Positions 1 to 12,054 of a stretch of 64,000 nt of DNA are shown piece by piece. A program made the translations under genes and the position numbers. How positions within the stretch are numbered: position 1 is the first letter of the stretch; the number at the start of each line of letters is the position of its first letter. Origin of the DNA: Xylographa opegraphella (taxonomy: Eukaryota); contig JALDZX010000004.1 of assembly GCA_022813865.1 (NCBI GenBank), forward strand, positions 310,001-374,000. Reading direction: 5' to 3'. The notes beneath the pieces were generated by a model. It saw nothing but the letters and a program-made list of their open reading frames with translations. It did no database searches and was not told the origin of the DNA.

Positions 1-1
1 C

Positions 2-2092
2 CACCAAGAAACAGAACCTGACACTGGCGAGCTACCAGGTGAACCATTGGGAGCGAGTCAGGACATCATTCAGGAAAGCGCAAAAATCAATGAGGACGGT
101 GGATCTCAAAACAGTATCGACAATGCGACATCTGGCATTAGCCTGTCAGCCTCTAGTGCCCCCTCTACAACCACCCAGGTCCGACGCCCGGTACAGCGCC
201 TTGACTCATTGAAGCGACGCAATGGTTCTAAAGTTTCCTCTTCATCTACAGCGGCTGGGGTGCCAGGAAACCGGCCTACGGGACTCAAATTCCAACCAAA
301 GGCGGTTGTCCGTCGGACGAAAGAGGAACGAGAAGCACAAGAAAGGGTGGAGGAGGAGAAGAGACAAGCACGGCTTGTCGCCAATCCCAGCACAACATCT
401 GAAAAGAACCGGGGTCAGTATGGGAGAGGTGGAATGCTGGATGGGCCAAAAAGAGGAGGTTTTCGAGGGGGCATGAGTGGATGGAGAACTGAAAGACGCG
501 GTATTGGCCAAGCTACCGGCCCCTTGAGCGGCGGGCCCACCAATGAACAGATTGCTTCGAGACGAGGTAGAGCAGGACGAAGTAGCGCCACTATATCTGG
601 ATCAATACATACGGAGGTCTCTAGATCCACATCAGCTTCGCTTACCGGATTGAAAACAGAACCAACAGTGAAGACAGAGAAGGACCAAGGTACTGCTATA
701 AACAAAACTAGAAAGCCGTCAGGAAAGTCAAAGGATGCAAAGGTCAAACTCGAGGACTTTACCACGACTTATATTTCCTCAGACGCTGAGGTTGATGGGT
801 CGGAAGGTCCGCGCGTCAATATTGAGCACATCAATCTTGTCAGTGATGAGGATTCGGAAGATGACACCGTCATAAGGAAAGGAAAAGAAAGGCAAAAATC
901 TGTTAGAGCAGCAGGATGGAATCTGAAACCGATCCGCCTCGACAGACACGAACATGTTGAACGTCACGTTGGAGTCAATAGTGATGCCATTTTACTGACA
1001 TCCGCACAGCTGCGTCAAAAAGCGAACGAGCGATCCGAAGCTGAGGGCACTCTCTTCCTATCACAAGACGAGGACGATGACATGGTCAAGACGAGGCCGA
1101 AGAAGGTCAACTCCAAGGGTAAAGATGTTGAGTTTTTGAGGGACGAGAGACGATGGAAAGGTGTGTATCAAGACGAAGAGGATATACACGAACTCAAGAG
1201 AGTGAAAGAAGAACCTCTCGATGACGATGTTATGGCTATCGATGCTGCTCCAGATATCGCAACCAATGACGAAAGTTCCTTGACAGCCAAACAAGACTCG
1301 TCCCCAAACCCAATTTTGCAGGACATATCTGTAGGCCCAGAAGGAGATCAGGAACCCCGCTCGCCGAAGATCAAGCGACGGCGGAGATCCGCTTTCCGAG
1401 CCACAAAACCAGTACTGCAGACTGAGGAGGACCGGCAAGAATGGGAGCGTTACGAGGACAATATCACCGCGCTTGGTGAAGAGCTAGGCGACTCAGATAT
1501 TGTCACTACACCAGCTCCAGCGTCTAGCAATTTGGACGAAGACGTTAACATGGACATGGACGGAGAAGAAACGAAAGATAGAAGGCGTGGTCTAGTCTAT
1601 TTATTCCAGCTCCCGCCAATCGTGCCATACCTTGTAGATGCAACTGTTTCTACCGAGAACGACGAGATGCTGGGACACGAAGGGGCTTCGGTAGCACCAT
1701 CAAAGGATACACAGATGTCAGGTTCCGCAGTCAAGAAAACGGAACCAGTGGTCAAAATGGAGGATAGCACGCACAAACAGGCAGACGACATGGTCGCTAA
1801 TGCGCTTATGGCTGAAGACATCGACGACTTTGTGGGTAGTGTTGGGAAGCTCACCATGTACGATTCAGGATATATCGGCATCTCCTGGGGAGGAATCATG
1901 CATGACTTGAACAGGGGCTCTGAAGGCGAACTACTACAAGAGCTTGTCATATCAGATGTGTCGAGGGTCAAAAGTGAACCCGGCTCCATGGACGACAATG
2001 ACGGGAAGGTGATTCGAACAGGTACGGCGATGGGGCAAATGACTGGAGGTTTCGTGGTAACACCTAGTTGGACGAGCTTGTTTGAGGGATGA
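2..2092 (+). CDS. RPC53: RNA polymerase III subunit C4 (Rpc53), 5' end truncated by the window
   Basis: Frame is open from base 2. Long disordered N-terminus; C-terminal Rpc4-type motifs YLFQLPP and GSVGKLTMYDSGYIGISWGG. Confidence 0.85.
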   Translation, partial: HQETEPDTGELPGEPLGASQDIIQESAKINEDGGSQNSIDNATSGISLSASSAPSTTTQVRRPVQRLDSLKRRNGSKVSSSSTAAGVPGNRPTGLKFQPKAVVRRTKEEREAQERVEEEKRQARLVANPSTTSEKNRGQYGRGGMLDGPKRGGFRGGMSGWRTERRGIGQATGPLSGGPTNEQIASRRGRAGRSSATISGSIHTEVSRSTSASLTGLKTEPTVKTEKDQGTAINKTRKPSGKSKDAKVKLEDFTTTYISSDAEVDGSEGPRVNIEHINLVSDEDSEDDTVIRKGKERQKSVRAAGWNLKPIRLDRHEHVERHVGVNSDAILLTSAQLRQKANERSEAEGTLFLSQDEDDDMVKTRPKKVNSKGKDVEFLRDERRWKGVYQDEEDIHELKRVKEEPLDDDVMAIDAAPDIATNDESSLTAKQDSSPNPILQDISVGPEGDQEPRSPKIKRRRRSAFRATKPVLQTEEDRQEWERYEDNITALGEELGDSDIVTTPAPASSNLDEDVNMDMDGEETKDRRRGLVYLFQLPPIVPYLVDATVSTENDEMLGHEGASVAPSKDTQMSGSAVKKTEPVVKMEDSTHKQADDMVANALMAEDIDDFVGSVGKLTMYDSGYIGISWGGIMHDLNRGSEGELLQELVISDVSRVKSEPGSMDDNDGKVIRTGTAMGQMTGGFVVTPSWTSLFEG

Positions 2093-2292
2093 TGGTATGC
2101 ACTGTCAAACATCAAAGACGCTAGAGTATCAGATATATCTTGCGTTGATGTACATTGAATTTCATAGCGATGGCGCATGGGCATTGCCGGTGTTGGTAGT
2201 GATATTAGCTTACGAGCTTCTTATTTATGCTTTCTTTCGATCATAATTCTATTCTTCCTATCCAACGATACGGGTATCATGCCCTCATCTGT

Positions 2293-3363
2293 TCAACGCA
2301 CACACATCAGACCTCCTTCTCCAAAATCCCTTCTGACTGTGCCCTCTTCTTTCCACATAGCTCCTAGCCACTGCCGTGCACCTTCGACCTCTCTTGCTCC
2401 AAACTTCACCACGACACAGCCCCTCACACGAGCCGCGGTCCACAATACTCCGTCTGCTTTCTCTTCCTTCAATCTCTCTCGTCTCCATTGTGACACGCGC
2501 CGTTGCTCTTCTACCTTTCCTGCCTCATCCGTTGTAATATTCCCTGTTGGGCTTATCGTGGGCGGTCGATCGTCCCAATCGCGCCCACCTATACGAGGTA
2601 AGAGATCGAACTCCTTGATAAAGAAGTTGCCCAGCGCGGTGAAGAGCGGACCGACAAGAATGAGCGTGCCGAAGAGCCCGAGATTATCCATTCTGCGCGC
2701 AATGATCTGGGGCTCCGGAGAGGCGAGGAGGATGTTGTCGCGTAGCAAGAGCGATTTCTTGCTTTGAACATTTCCGTCGACACGCCAGATCTCACACCTC
2801 AGTTTGCATTCCCTGCATCCCCATTTTTCGCCCCTCGCACTGCGGCCCTCGCTTACCCAATCCAATACGCCCAGACTCGCAGTATCTGCTATCTCGAACA
2901 CTTGCTTCTGGACGTAGCGGGAGTTGTCAAACGGCTGAGTGGGGTCTGGGGCAATGAGAAGACCGGATTGGTGGCCGAGAGAGGCTTGAAGGGTTTGCGT
3001 GGCTGTTGCTAGGGGTGTGGACTGGGGAGAGGGGAAGATCTTGGTGAAGCCTTGCGTTGTAATGGTCAATCGGGTAAGAGCGTCGAGAGTAAGAGTGATG
3101 GAGAGAGAGTCGGGTGGTAGTAGGCCGCCCCCATAAGAGAGTAGGAAGAGGAGGGGAACATGAGTTATTTTGGTAGATGCAGAGGATGCATCAAGTGGCC
3201 TGGTCTCAAGCGCAGAGAGAATGTGGGGTGTTGAAGGGAGAAGCTTGAGAGGATAGGAGTAGTTGAGGATGCTGTATGTTGGGGTCGCTGGTGGGAGAAG
3301 AGTGAGATGGATGGTACCCTGACCGGGGTTCGTTGTGGACTTGGCGAATGGTGAGGTTGCCAT
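2293..3363 (-). CDS. ureD: Urease accessory protein UreD/UreH
   Basis: Intronless 356-aa ORF with YSYPLKLL, LLSYGGGLL, TTQGFTKIF, PDPTQPF and LDWVSEGRSARGEKW motifs. Confidence 0.92.
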   Translation of the reverse strand: MATSPFAKSTTNPGQGTIHLTLLPPATPTYSILNYSYPLKLLPSTPHILSALETRPLDASSASTKITHVPLLFLLSYGGGLLPPDSLSITLTLDALTRLTITTQGFTKIFPSPQSTPLATATQTLQASLGHQSGLLIAPDPTQPFDNSRYVQKQVFEIADTASLGVLDWVSEGRSARGEKWGCRECKLRCEIWRVDGNVQSKKSLLLRDNILLASPEPQIIARRMDNLGLFGTLILVGPLFTALGNFFIKEFDLLPRIGGRDWDDRPPTISPTGNITTDEAGKVEEQRRVSQWRRERLKEEKADGVLWTAARVRGCVVVKFGAREVEGARQWLGAMWKEEGTVRRDFGEGGLMCVR

Positions 3364-3628
3364 TGCCCAACCGGACTGGTCAAGGCATCTCGCGAGAGTG
3401 TTTATTGAGCAGTTTTCGGATGTCTACCGCTTATAAGTTCAACTGTTTGTTGGAAGAAACCCATAGCTCAGTTGTTTCGTCCTACAAGCAGCGTCATCGT
3501 GGATGGTCAAAGTGCTTTAGGGTTGACCTCGACACGCTAGCTGGGATGCGCGTCTCCATTGAGGGACATTTGCTGTTGTCCACGAGTTCCCTCCTTCAAA
3601 TACAGAGATTACAACCCTCTTTCTCACC

Positions 3629-3634
3629 ACGCGT
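3629..3634. promoter_or_regulatory. MCB box (ACGCGT) in the short ureD/SCC3 divergent promoter
   Basis: Perfect ACGCGT about 30 bp upstream of the SCC3 ATG; cohesin genes are typical MBF targets in yeasts. Confidence 0.4.
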
Positions 3635-3662
3635 AAGCTACAATCAATTCGGGGCTGTCTAG

Positions 3663-6600
3663 ATGCCTGCCAGGCTCTCGAGTATGGAGATCTCTGATCC
3701 TGCTACACCGACAGCCATGGACGCGCCCAATCGTAGAAAATCGGCGCGCACAGTTCAAAAACCAATATTATATCAGCAAGACCCGGCGGTATCAATTGGA
3801 AGCACTGGAAATGGCAAGAGAAAGCGAGCGGAAAATACTGATGTGGATATCGATGCCGATCCACTGGGCGACGAGACAAGTTCGGACGATAATGAAAGTG
3901 ATCCCGACGAGGAGGAATTGAAAGAGCAAAGACGACGCGCTCCAAAGACTAGCAGAATACAAAGTAAGCCAGCGACGAAGAAGCCGAAGACTGCCAGGCC
4001 TGCGACTACGAGTTTGGCAATACGTCCAGCAACAAATGGAATGATGAAGCCCACTAAACCGAAGAAACCGCGCGCAAAACCGAATGCCACGGATCCAGAT
4101 GAGACTGGTCTTTACGGTAAGTGACTTTAAGCTTGAGACCCTAACTAGGAGATTGCTGAAGTATTCTAGCGGATGTCTTTTCTCAAAGGCAATCCACAGA
4201 CGAAGTGGCGGTGGAGTGGTTATCGAGATATGATGACCATAATGCCAACGCTATGTGTGAGCTGGTCAACTTTGTTCTTAGGTGCACAGGATGCGATTTG
4301 CAGGTGGATGTGCACGATATCGACGATCCAGATAATGTCCCCAACAAACTTACAGACCTTCAAGAAGAGTTTCAAGCACAGAAGATAACGGATTATCCAT
4401 TGATCTCGAAGGCTCGAAGCACCATATTCTCCCGAGCGGTCATGACGGATTTCTTCCAATCCTTAATAACTTCTGCGCACGCAAAAGGGTTACTATACAG
4501 GGATGTGGCGCTGCTGGAGAATATACAAGTTTGGGTTACCACAATGTCTTCCTCTGGAATCCGACCTTTTCGCCATACCGCTACCGTCATATCTCTCGCG
4601 ATTGCAAGTGCGTTGTGCGGCTTAATGAGAGATACTGTCGATAACATAGCTACTACAACGAGACAAAAGGATAGTGAGCGGAAGAAGAAATCGGTCAACA
4701 AAGCCCGCGTCTCTGCCATGCATTCGAAGGTTGATGAGATAGAGAAGAAGAAGGACATGATCGAGAGCTGGCTCAAGGACATCTTTGATACAGTGTTCAT
4801 CCATCGCTATCGTGACGTAGACCCGAAAATCCGGGCGGACTGCTCAACGGCATTGGGAAGCTGGATTGCTACATGTCCCGACATATTCTTCGAGGGTCAA
4901 TACCTTCGCTATCTAGGCTGGGTTTTGTCAGACGTTTCGGCTCCCACTCGAGCAGAGGTTGTGAAGCAGCTGCTTAGACTATACAAGGACAAGGACAACG
5001 TGGGACGACTGCGGGCGTTCACCGAAAAGTTCCGCTCTCGGATGATCGAGATGGCTACTCAAGATGCGGAGCCGACTATCAGAGCGTCAGTAGTGGAACT
5101 GCTGGACATGATACGAGAGGTTGGACTTCTGGAGCCTGATGATATTGACACTATAGGCAAATTGATATTCGATGCAGAGCCTCGTGTGCGAAAAGCTGTT
5201 GCAGGGTTTTTTGCAGAGAACATATCCGATCTGTTCGAAAGTACAGTTGAAGAACTTGGGGGTGATGAAATCCTCGATGAAGCTCTTGGAGACAGTCCGG
5301 AGGACGACTATGACCATCCTCGAAAATCTTGGCTGAAACTTAAGTGTCTTGCGGAGGTTCTTCAATCATATGATTCTAGTGGCGAAGCAGATTCTGCAGC
5401 AGCGGATGGAACAAACGACAACGGAATCGTGCCTACTGTCCTAGAATCAAGATATGCTATGGCTGCACAGTCCATATGCGAAGGGGTACCGGAGGTCAAA
5501 GAGTGGGAAACAGTAGCAGGGTACTTATTGTACGATCACTCAAGTACTCTTCAAAGCTATGACGGAGATGACCCGCAGACAGCATTTAAGGTGCGATGTC
5601 AACTCGGCGAAAAGGAGGAGAAGCTTTTGCTCGAGGTCTTGAATGCTGCCGTCAAACTCAGGCTAGCAGAAGTAATAGAATCGGAGGCCGACAAAAAGGG
5701 CAAGAAGACGAAGGCTCGAAAGGATGAATCACGGGAGATCCAAGAATCTATCGCAACTCATCTTGCACAAGTCATTCCTAAATTATTGGGAAAGTTCGGC
5801 TCGAGCCCATCTACTGCCTCTGCGGTCCTGCGTCTGGAACATGTTCTGGATTTGGAGATCTTCCAACAACTGCGCCAAGACTCCACAGAATTTGCGTCGC
5901 TGTTGGACGACATCAACAAGCAATTTCTAACTCATGCAGATCATAGCGTATTGGTTGAAGCACGAACTGCTTTGCTGCATGCACGGAGCTACGAAGACCT
6001 TGAGGAAGTGACGGACGGAAAGGTGCAGGAGCTCTGGGAAGACACGATAGATACACTCCGAGAGCTAACCAAAGCACAACCGCCTCGGCTCACTTCGATG
6101 GCGAACACCGTCGAACGAATTTCAAATCTTGCCAGCATTTCGGACTGTACTGTGCTTTTCGAAGATGAGCCACGTGCGAGCACCAAAGCAACCTCAAAAG
6201 CCGGTCACACCAGAGTCGTTGACATACTCGTGGAGATCATCCGAACTTATGGTAACGATGACAATACAGCGTCGGCATCTTTGGTCTCTAGCGCTATGAA
6301 ATCGCTACTCTTCTACAACATGTGGATAGTCCGTGCACTGAAGGAAAAAATTGAGCTGAATGAGCATATTGAGGATGTCCCCAGTTACGAGACCTTCTCA
6401 GCAGCGATACAGGGAGTCATCAGCTCAAGACATAAACTTGACGATGTACGACTGAGCGCTATAGGTACTTTGCTGGATATGCATACCACATATGCCACGC
6501 TCCGACATCTGCTCCCCACTTCCGGAGAAAACGACATGGGTGCCAGCGCAACAGATATAGTTGCCAGCCTCATTGTAGGGGTCCCTCAACGAGTACAAGA

Positions 6601-7237
6601 CATGATACTGGATAGCTTCCTTGCCGCGGAGAAAGCTTACGCGCAGAAAGCGAAACGTATGCTTGACTCACCTTCGGAGGATGACCCACCTGACGAACCG
6701 GACTCGGAGCCGGAAGACTCATCTGACGAGGAGGAGGATGAGGATGACGAAGAGAAGCAACGTCGATCACACCACCGCCAGCATGAGCTACTTCTTGCAG
6801 AGAAGCGGCTTTGCGAATTTACAGGCAAGATCGTATTAGCCATACTTGGCCAAGTGCTGGATGCTGCGGGACCTAAAAAAGGTACGCTTCGAAAACGCTT
6901 GCTGCGGAACAAGGCTCGACTGGGGCCGAATTTCAAAGAGGTTCTTGGCTATTTGGAGGAGGCTAAGCCAAAAAGACCCAGAAATAGGGCGAGGGTGGCA
7001 ATGAGGACGGCAGGCTCCAAGAAGGGGCCGGAGAAGTCGAAAGCTATGGTAACCGAGGAAGATGACGAGGACGAAGATCAAAACGAAGTGGAGGATATGA
7101 TCGAGGACGAAGCAGATGACCCAGAGAATCGAGAGCTTGTGGAGGATCGCGGAGAAGGAAAGGGAGAAGAAGTCATGGCAAGTACGAATGATGCGGCAGG
7201 GCACGACGAAGACGAAGCTGAGATCATTGGTGATTAA
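3663..7237 (+). CDS. SCC3: Cohesin subunit Scc3/Psc3 (STAG domain); exons 3663-4116 and 4170-7237
   Basis: STAG/SCD motifs RPFRHTAT, VFIHRYRDVDPKIR and YLRYLGWVLSD. GTAAGT..TAG intron 4117-4169 joins the two ORFs in frame. Confidence 0.93.
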
Positions 7238-8425
7238 GCTCCTCATTGCGTTTGACTTGTAACATTCACCTGGCATACTCTTGTCTGCGCTACCTTCTGG
7301 CTACACGGCGAGACGGGTACGCCTGGGCGGTGGCTTCGATGTACATTCATGTAGTCTAGCGCTGCGTTGTTGCCTTACCTGTAGAGCTCTCTCCAATGAT
7401 TGAACAAGACGGCAGGTTGGCATGCAGATGCCCGCTCACTGCGCCCTGCTGATTGCAAGGGCTATGACGTTTCTGCGAGTTGATTCGGAGTCCTTAGGTC
7501 AAGGCTGCCGCGCTAGAGTTTTGCTAGCGCCCCTCCCTCCCACATGCCGCCAATCACCTCAACAGGCAACCGTCCAGTCTATCAGGCCAGGCTGGTGATA
7601 CAGAGCTGAAGGTAGAACACTGCCTTGTTGACGATACCGCAATAGGCCTACTCCCCAGCGCTCTTCTCAATGGCCCACAGATTGGCCAATAGCAGCCTCA
7701 GGTATCTCGGAAAACATGAAACACTGGGCAGTTCTGAGGATCAGGAGAACACCGCCAGAGTAAACTGATTTGCAGTGCCAGCTCCCCGTGGTGAAAGGTA
7801 TAAGATCTGTTCAGTCACCCGTGGAATGAAGAAGGTTGGCGTCTTCATTTGTGCACGATGGGACGACCCTACTCTCGGAGGTCGCTTATGTCCAACCCGC
7901 CTGGTGAGAAGGATTTCAGGACTAAGCCACCGCTTCCACGCTACCCTCTGGATACGATAATTCATGGTCAGCCTCCCCAGCGAGCATGCTTACGTGTCCT
8001 ACGAGTCCATTTTGCATATTGACAGGACAATACTTGGTGCTAACCTTTTCTGATTTTGGCAGGAACTGCCCGAGCTCTAGCCAAGATCGCTCCTTTTGCC
8101 TTTTTTCTCAGGGATCCCACTATTGGTCTGTAGCAACCGTCCTGGACGACCTTCCATTTTCAGCGATCAGGAAGGACTCTGGTAAAGCCGTTGGGCAATT
8201 ATCGTTACCATGCGTCCTGAAGCGATCTATCCAATACAATGGGCAGGACCAGGGATATCCTTGTCGTCGTTGCCAATAATCCTCAGGAGCTTCCTGTTCT
8301 CCGCCGAGGGAGAATCAGCCTATGTGATTGCCGTGGTTGATGCCTAATTGCCTTGTAACCAAAGCATCCATTCAGACTCTCTCAGGAGCACTGTTTCTCA
8401 CGCCAAACGTCATTTATTGGACGAT

Positions 8426-8453
8426 GTGCAAGCCTCGTGCAAGCCTCGTGCAA
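8426..8453. repeat. 11-bp tandem repeat (GTGCAAGCCTC x2.5)
   Basis: Read directly in the upstream region of zinc-finger gene A. Confidence 0.8.
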
Positions 8454-8807
8454 TACATGATTATCGGTCCTGTCACGTGGATACAAGAGCGGTCCTGCCA
8501 CGCTGCGGAAGCGGGAGGCTCTCCCCCGCTTTCGATTCATGTATTGTGCAGATCCGTGAATATGTTAGAGGCCTCTGGCTCTGATGTTTATCGTTATCGA
8601 GTCCTTTGGCATGTGCTTCTCTTTGAACGTCCTGCATGTGTGGACAGAACTCTGCCAGCTGGACATAGAAAGTCTTATTAACCGTGAATTTCTCGTCAAA
8701 TTCTTCTAGTATGTCGAGTCGAGTTGGTCACAGAGCATAGCACTCTCCCTAATTCTTAGACATCATTTTGGTCTTTAGTAGATCAGTATCACAATATCGG
8801 CCTCAAA

Positions 8808-11800
8808 ATGCTCGTCCCAACTGATTCGAAGACGGCGCTGTCTTGTTGGATCGAGCAGCAATGCGGCTCATCAAATCTTGCTGTTGTGTTCGCACAATCA
8901 CAAGGGGGAAGCGACAAGCCCTTCGATAAGTCGATGGCAAAGACGTACATCCATGATATGGAACATCGTGATGATCAGTTATCGCTTCCGTCTCCGCGTT
9001 CGCCAAGCAGTGGCCTAAACAGCTGCGCGTTAGTCACTTGGTCTCTTTTTTGATTCAGATGCTCACAGTGACACAGCCTAAGAGAAGGACCGCAAAAGAC
9101 GGACCACGTGTTCAATATTGCGATTCATTCTTGGGAATACTGTCAAGAGCGTTTCCTTCGCTGGGTAGCCTATGAGCGTCTTTTTGATGCTAGTATACTT
9201 CGAGAAGAGCGCTTTCGTTGCCCCTTAATATGGTGTAGGAGACCATTCGACGACCCTAGGAGGTTATTGGAACATGTGCTCACGTGTGACTGGCTTCGAA
9301 GTGGGGAATATTGGTGCCCTCACCATCAAGCACCCGAAAAATTCTTTTTACCAACTGCTGCCAAACGAAGATCAAACTTAAAACTCTCTACTTGTTTGAG
9401 GCATGCAGTTCGCATTATTCGCCGACTTGGCTCCAGACGATCAACGAACATCGCAGTATTTGAAGTTGACGGTCTTCAGGTTCACCAGCCTCTCCATGAA
9501 TATGTGTGGATATCAGCCGAAGAAGCCACAATTGGTAAGGGAGACCGTTCCGTTGCAGAGTTATCCACGATGCCCTCATACGAGCTGAGAATCGAACTTC
9601 CAGCGACTGGCTCAAGAGTTTCCGGGCTTCCATCGACTGGCTCAAGAGTTTCCGGGCTTCCATCGCTGATCCTATCGTCAAATATCCCTGATTTGCCTGT
9701 GGCTTCTAGTGATGCTATGAAACTTGAGGACACGGAGTACTCTAGCCCGGCTTCAAGCCCTTCCCTATCGCTTATTGGAAAGGGCTACGATGGATCCAGC
9801 CCGAACACCTCTAGTCCGATGTCACCGTGTTACGCTATCGATGTATCTCCCCAAGATACCTCCATCGATGATCTTTTCGGACCAGATCTGAAATCGCCAG
9901 AATTCTTGCCTGAATCCACATTTGGCCCGAATTTTGCAGATTCTGATGTTGTTTTCGCCAGCTATGAGGCTACATGTGCACTCCCGGAGCTACGTAAGTC
10001 TGATTCCACTGGCTCTTCGGAAGTAGTCAAGGCGTTGAAGTTGAAATCCCCAATCACGTTCGAGGGAAATCCCAGCCCTCATCAAGGATACTGCGATGAG
10101 AAGATTTTGTGCCACATCGAAGACAGTACAGGGAAAGACCAACAACATTGTGATGATGTTTTGGATGAACATCACTCAAGTGGGCCCCGGCCACTGATAG
10201 TCAACAGTTTGTGCTTGCGTAAGAACGTCCCCGGTTTCGATGTACAGATGCAGAGTCAGCATGCCTTGATTGAAGCACTCCGCCGTGTTTCTTCAATGCT
10301 CTACAAACGCTCAATCAGGAATCTCCGTCGAGACCCCGTCACTGGTGCTGTTCGTTCTTTCATTGAAAACATGCCTTCACCTGAGAATATCATTGAGAGA
10401 GGGTTGGCGAATTTGCGAAGAGTTTTCAGTAACAGTTTACCGAACAGGCTGATGGACATATATGCAATGCTTCACGTCACATATGTGGTTGCAATTGTGG
10501 CGAATCAAGAAGATGTTGCTGGAATTCAGAGAGATTTATACGCTGATATCCTCAACTGGAGCTTAGCTATCAAGTCGATTGACGAGCGGACACTTTTCGT
10601 CAAGATTGCAGAGTTAATGTGGGCTTCGGAGCACACCAAGATGAATTGTCCTCGTATTGTGAGCGACGTCTCGTCTGGAACCTTGAATCAAACATGTTTT
10701 ACCAGCATCTTGCCGCCAGTGTGCGAGTTGCCGGTCTTTCAGTCGGATTCCAGCAGCCCAACAGGCTTTGTGACATTGGAAGGCTGTTCCAATGATTCGA
10801 CCGCGCTCTTCCAAGCTCTGAAAGGAGGAACGGCTATCTATTTATGTAAGCAATATCTTGATGGTATGTAGGGCATGGAACTCCACCCCTTTCTTTGTAT
10901 AGCCGGATTGATGCTGCTTGTAGTCTTCGAGTACACCGGTCTACTTGCAAAGTCACCTAGTATACGTTCGCAACAAATGCCAGGGCACTTCAACCCTGCA
11001 TCGCAAGCAAACACCTCGGCTTATACAGAGTACTGGGAAGCTGTGGTGACTCGGCCGCTCCTCGAGTTGATGGGTCTAGAAGGATTCTGCATCATCGTTG
11101 GCGATGTCCAAAGAATGCTGGGACGTGGAGCCTTTGGGACCCTCCGGGAGGCCGAATTGAAACTGATATTCGACGGACAGGTTTGCCGTCTCGTCATGAC
11201 TTGACGGAAATCCGTACTGACATCCATTCCAGCGTTGTTCACCTTCGCCAGCAATATACCATCATTTCTTGAAGGAGGTTCGGCGTCTATGCAGTCAGGC
11301 ACTAATGTTCACGGCGCAAGAACCTTTTTCTTGTGACAATCAATATATAAGAGATATCGATGATGCATGGGCCATCCTCCATGCCGCAAGACAATCCGAT
11401 GAACGCGTCTCACTTTCGAGCTCAATTTCCAGTAACTCAACAAATAGCTCTGGTAGAATGACCAATAAAGACCTGCCACCGCTTGTGACAAACCCTGAGG
11501 CGTTTTCAACACCTTCCAGCCCAAGCAAAACTTCCTATTCCTCGTCCAGCCCAGAGAGACCATTTCGAAGTGCATCCAGCGGCCAGAGTGGTTTCTCATC
11601 AAGCTCTGCTGTGTACGTCGTCATCGTATTCGATTTTGCACCGATGCATCGAACATCGCTGACGGTATGAAAAAGGTCTTCCGGCAGCTCCTTTTCGCTC
11701 TTCAAAAGTCCAGTGAGAACTCGCGGCGGCAAAAACTCGACGTGCGGCTCCAAGGGGCCACAGGCTCCCTCATCGAGGAGATCGTCGCGTTCGAGCGCCT

Positions 11801-12054
11801 CGTCGTCCATCTACTCCCGCTGTCCGCAGTGTGACGAACTGTTCACCGGGCATTACCACAAAACGAACCTCACGCGGCACATCAAGAGCGTCCATCGCGT
11901 CAGCCCGTTGCCGTGTCCGTTTCGCAGCTGCAACGAAACATTCACCAGGTCAGATAATCGGAAGAACCATGTGCAGAGGCTACATCGGCAGCTAGGCAGA
12001 GGAGGAGAGCAGGAGCGAGGATGTGCCGCTGATGAACTTTACTTTAATGCTTAA
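8808..12054 (+). CDS. Uncharacterised zinc-finger protein, paralogue A; exons 8808-9028, 9077-10863, 10924-11180, 11233-11612, ~11676-12054
   Basis: N-terminal CPLIWC..HVLTC..GEYWCPHH module; two C-terminal C2H2 fingers (CPQC..HIKSVH, CPFRSC..HVQRLH). Four GT-AG introns join the ORFs in frame; the last acceptor may be 11675 or 11687. Confidence 0.8.
9597..9665 (+). repeat. In-frame 30-bp tandem duplication
   Basis: Encodes LPATGSRVSG-LPSTGSRVSG-LPS; one mismatch between the two full copies. Confidence 0.9.
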
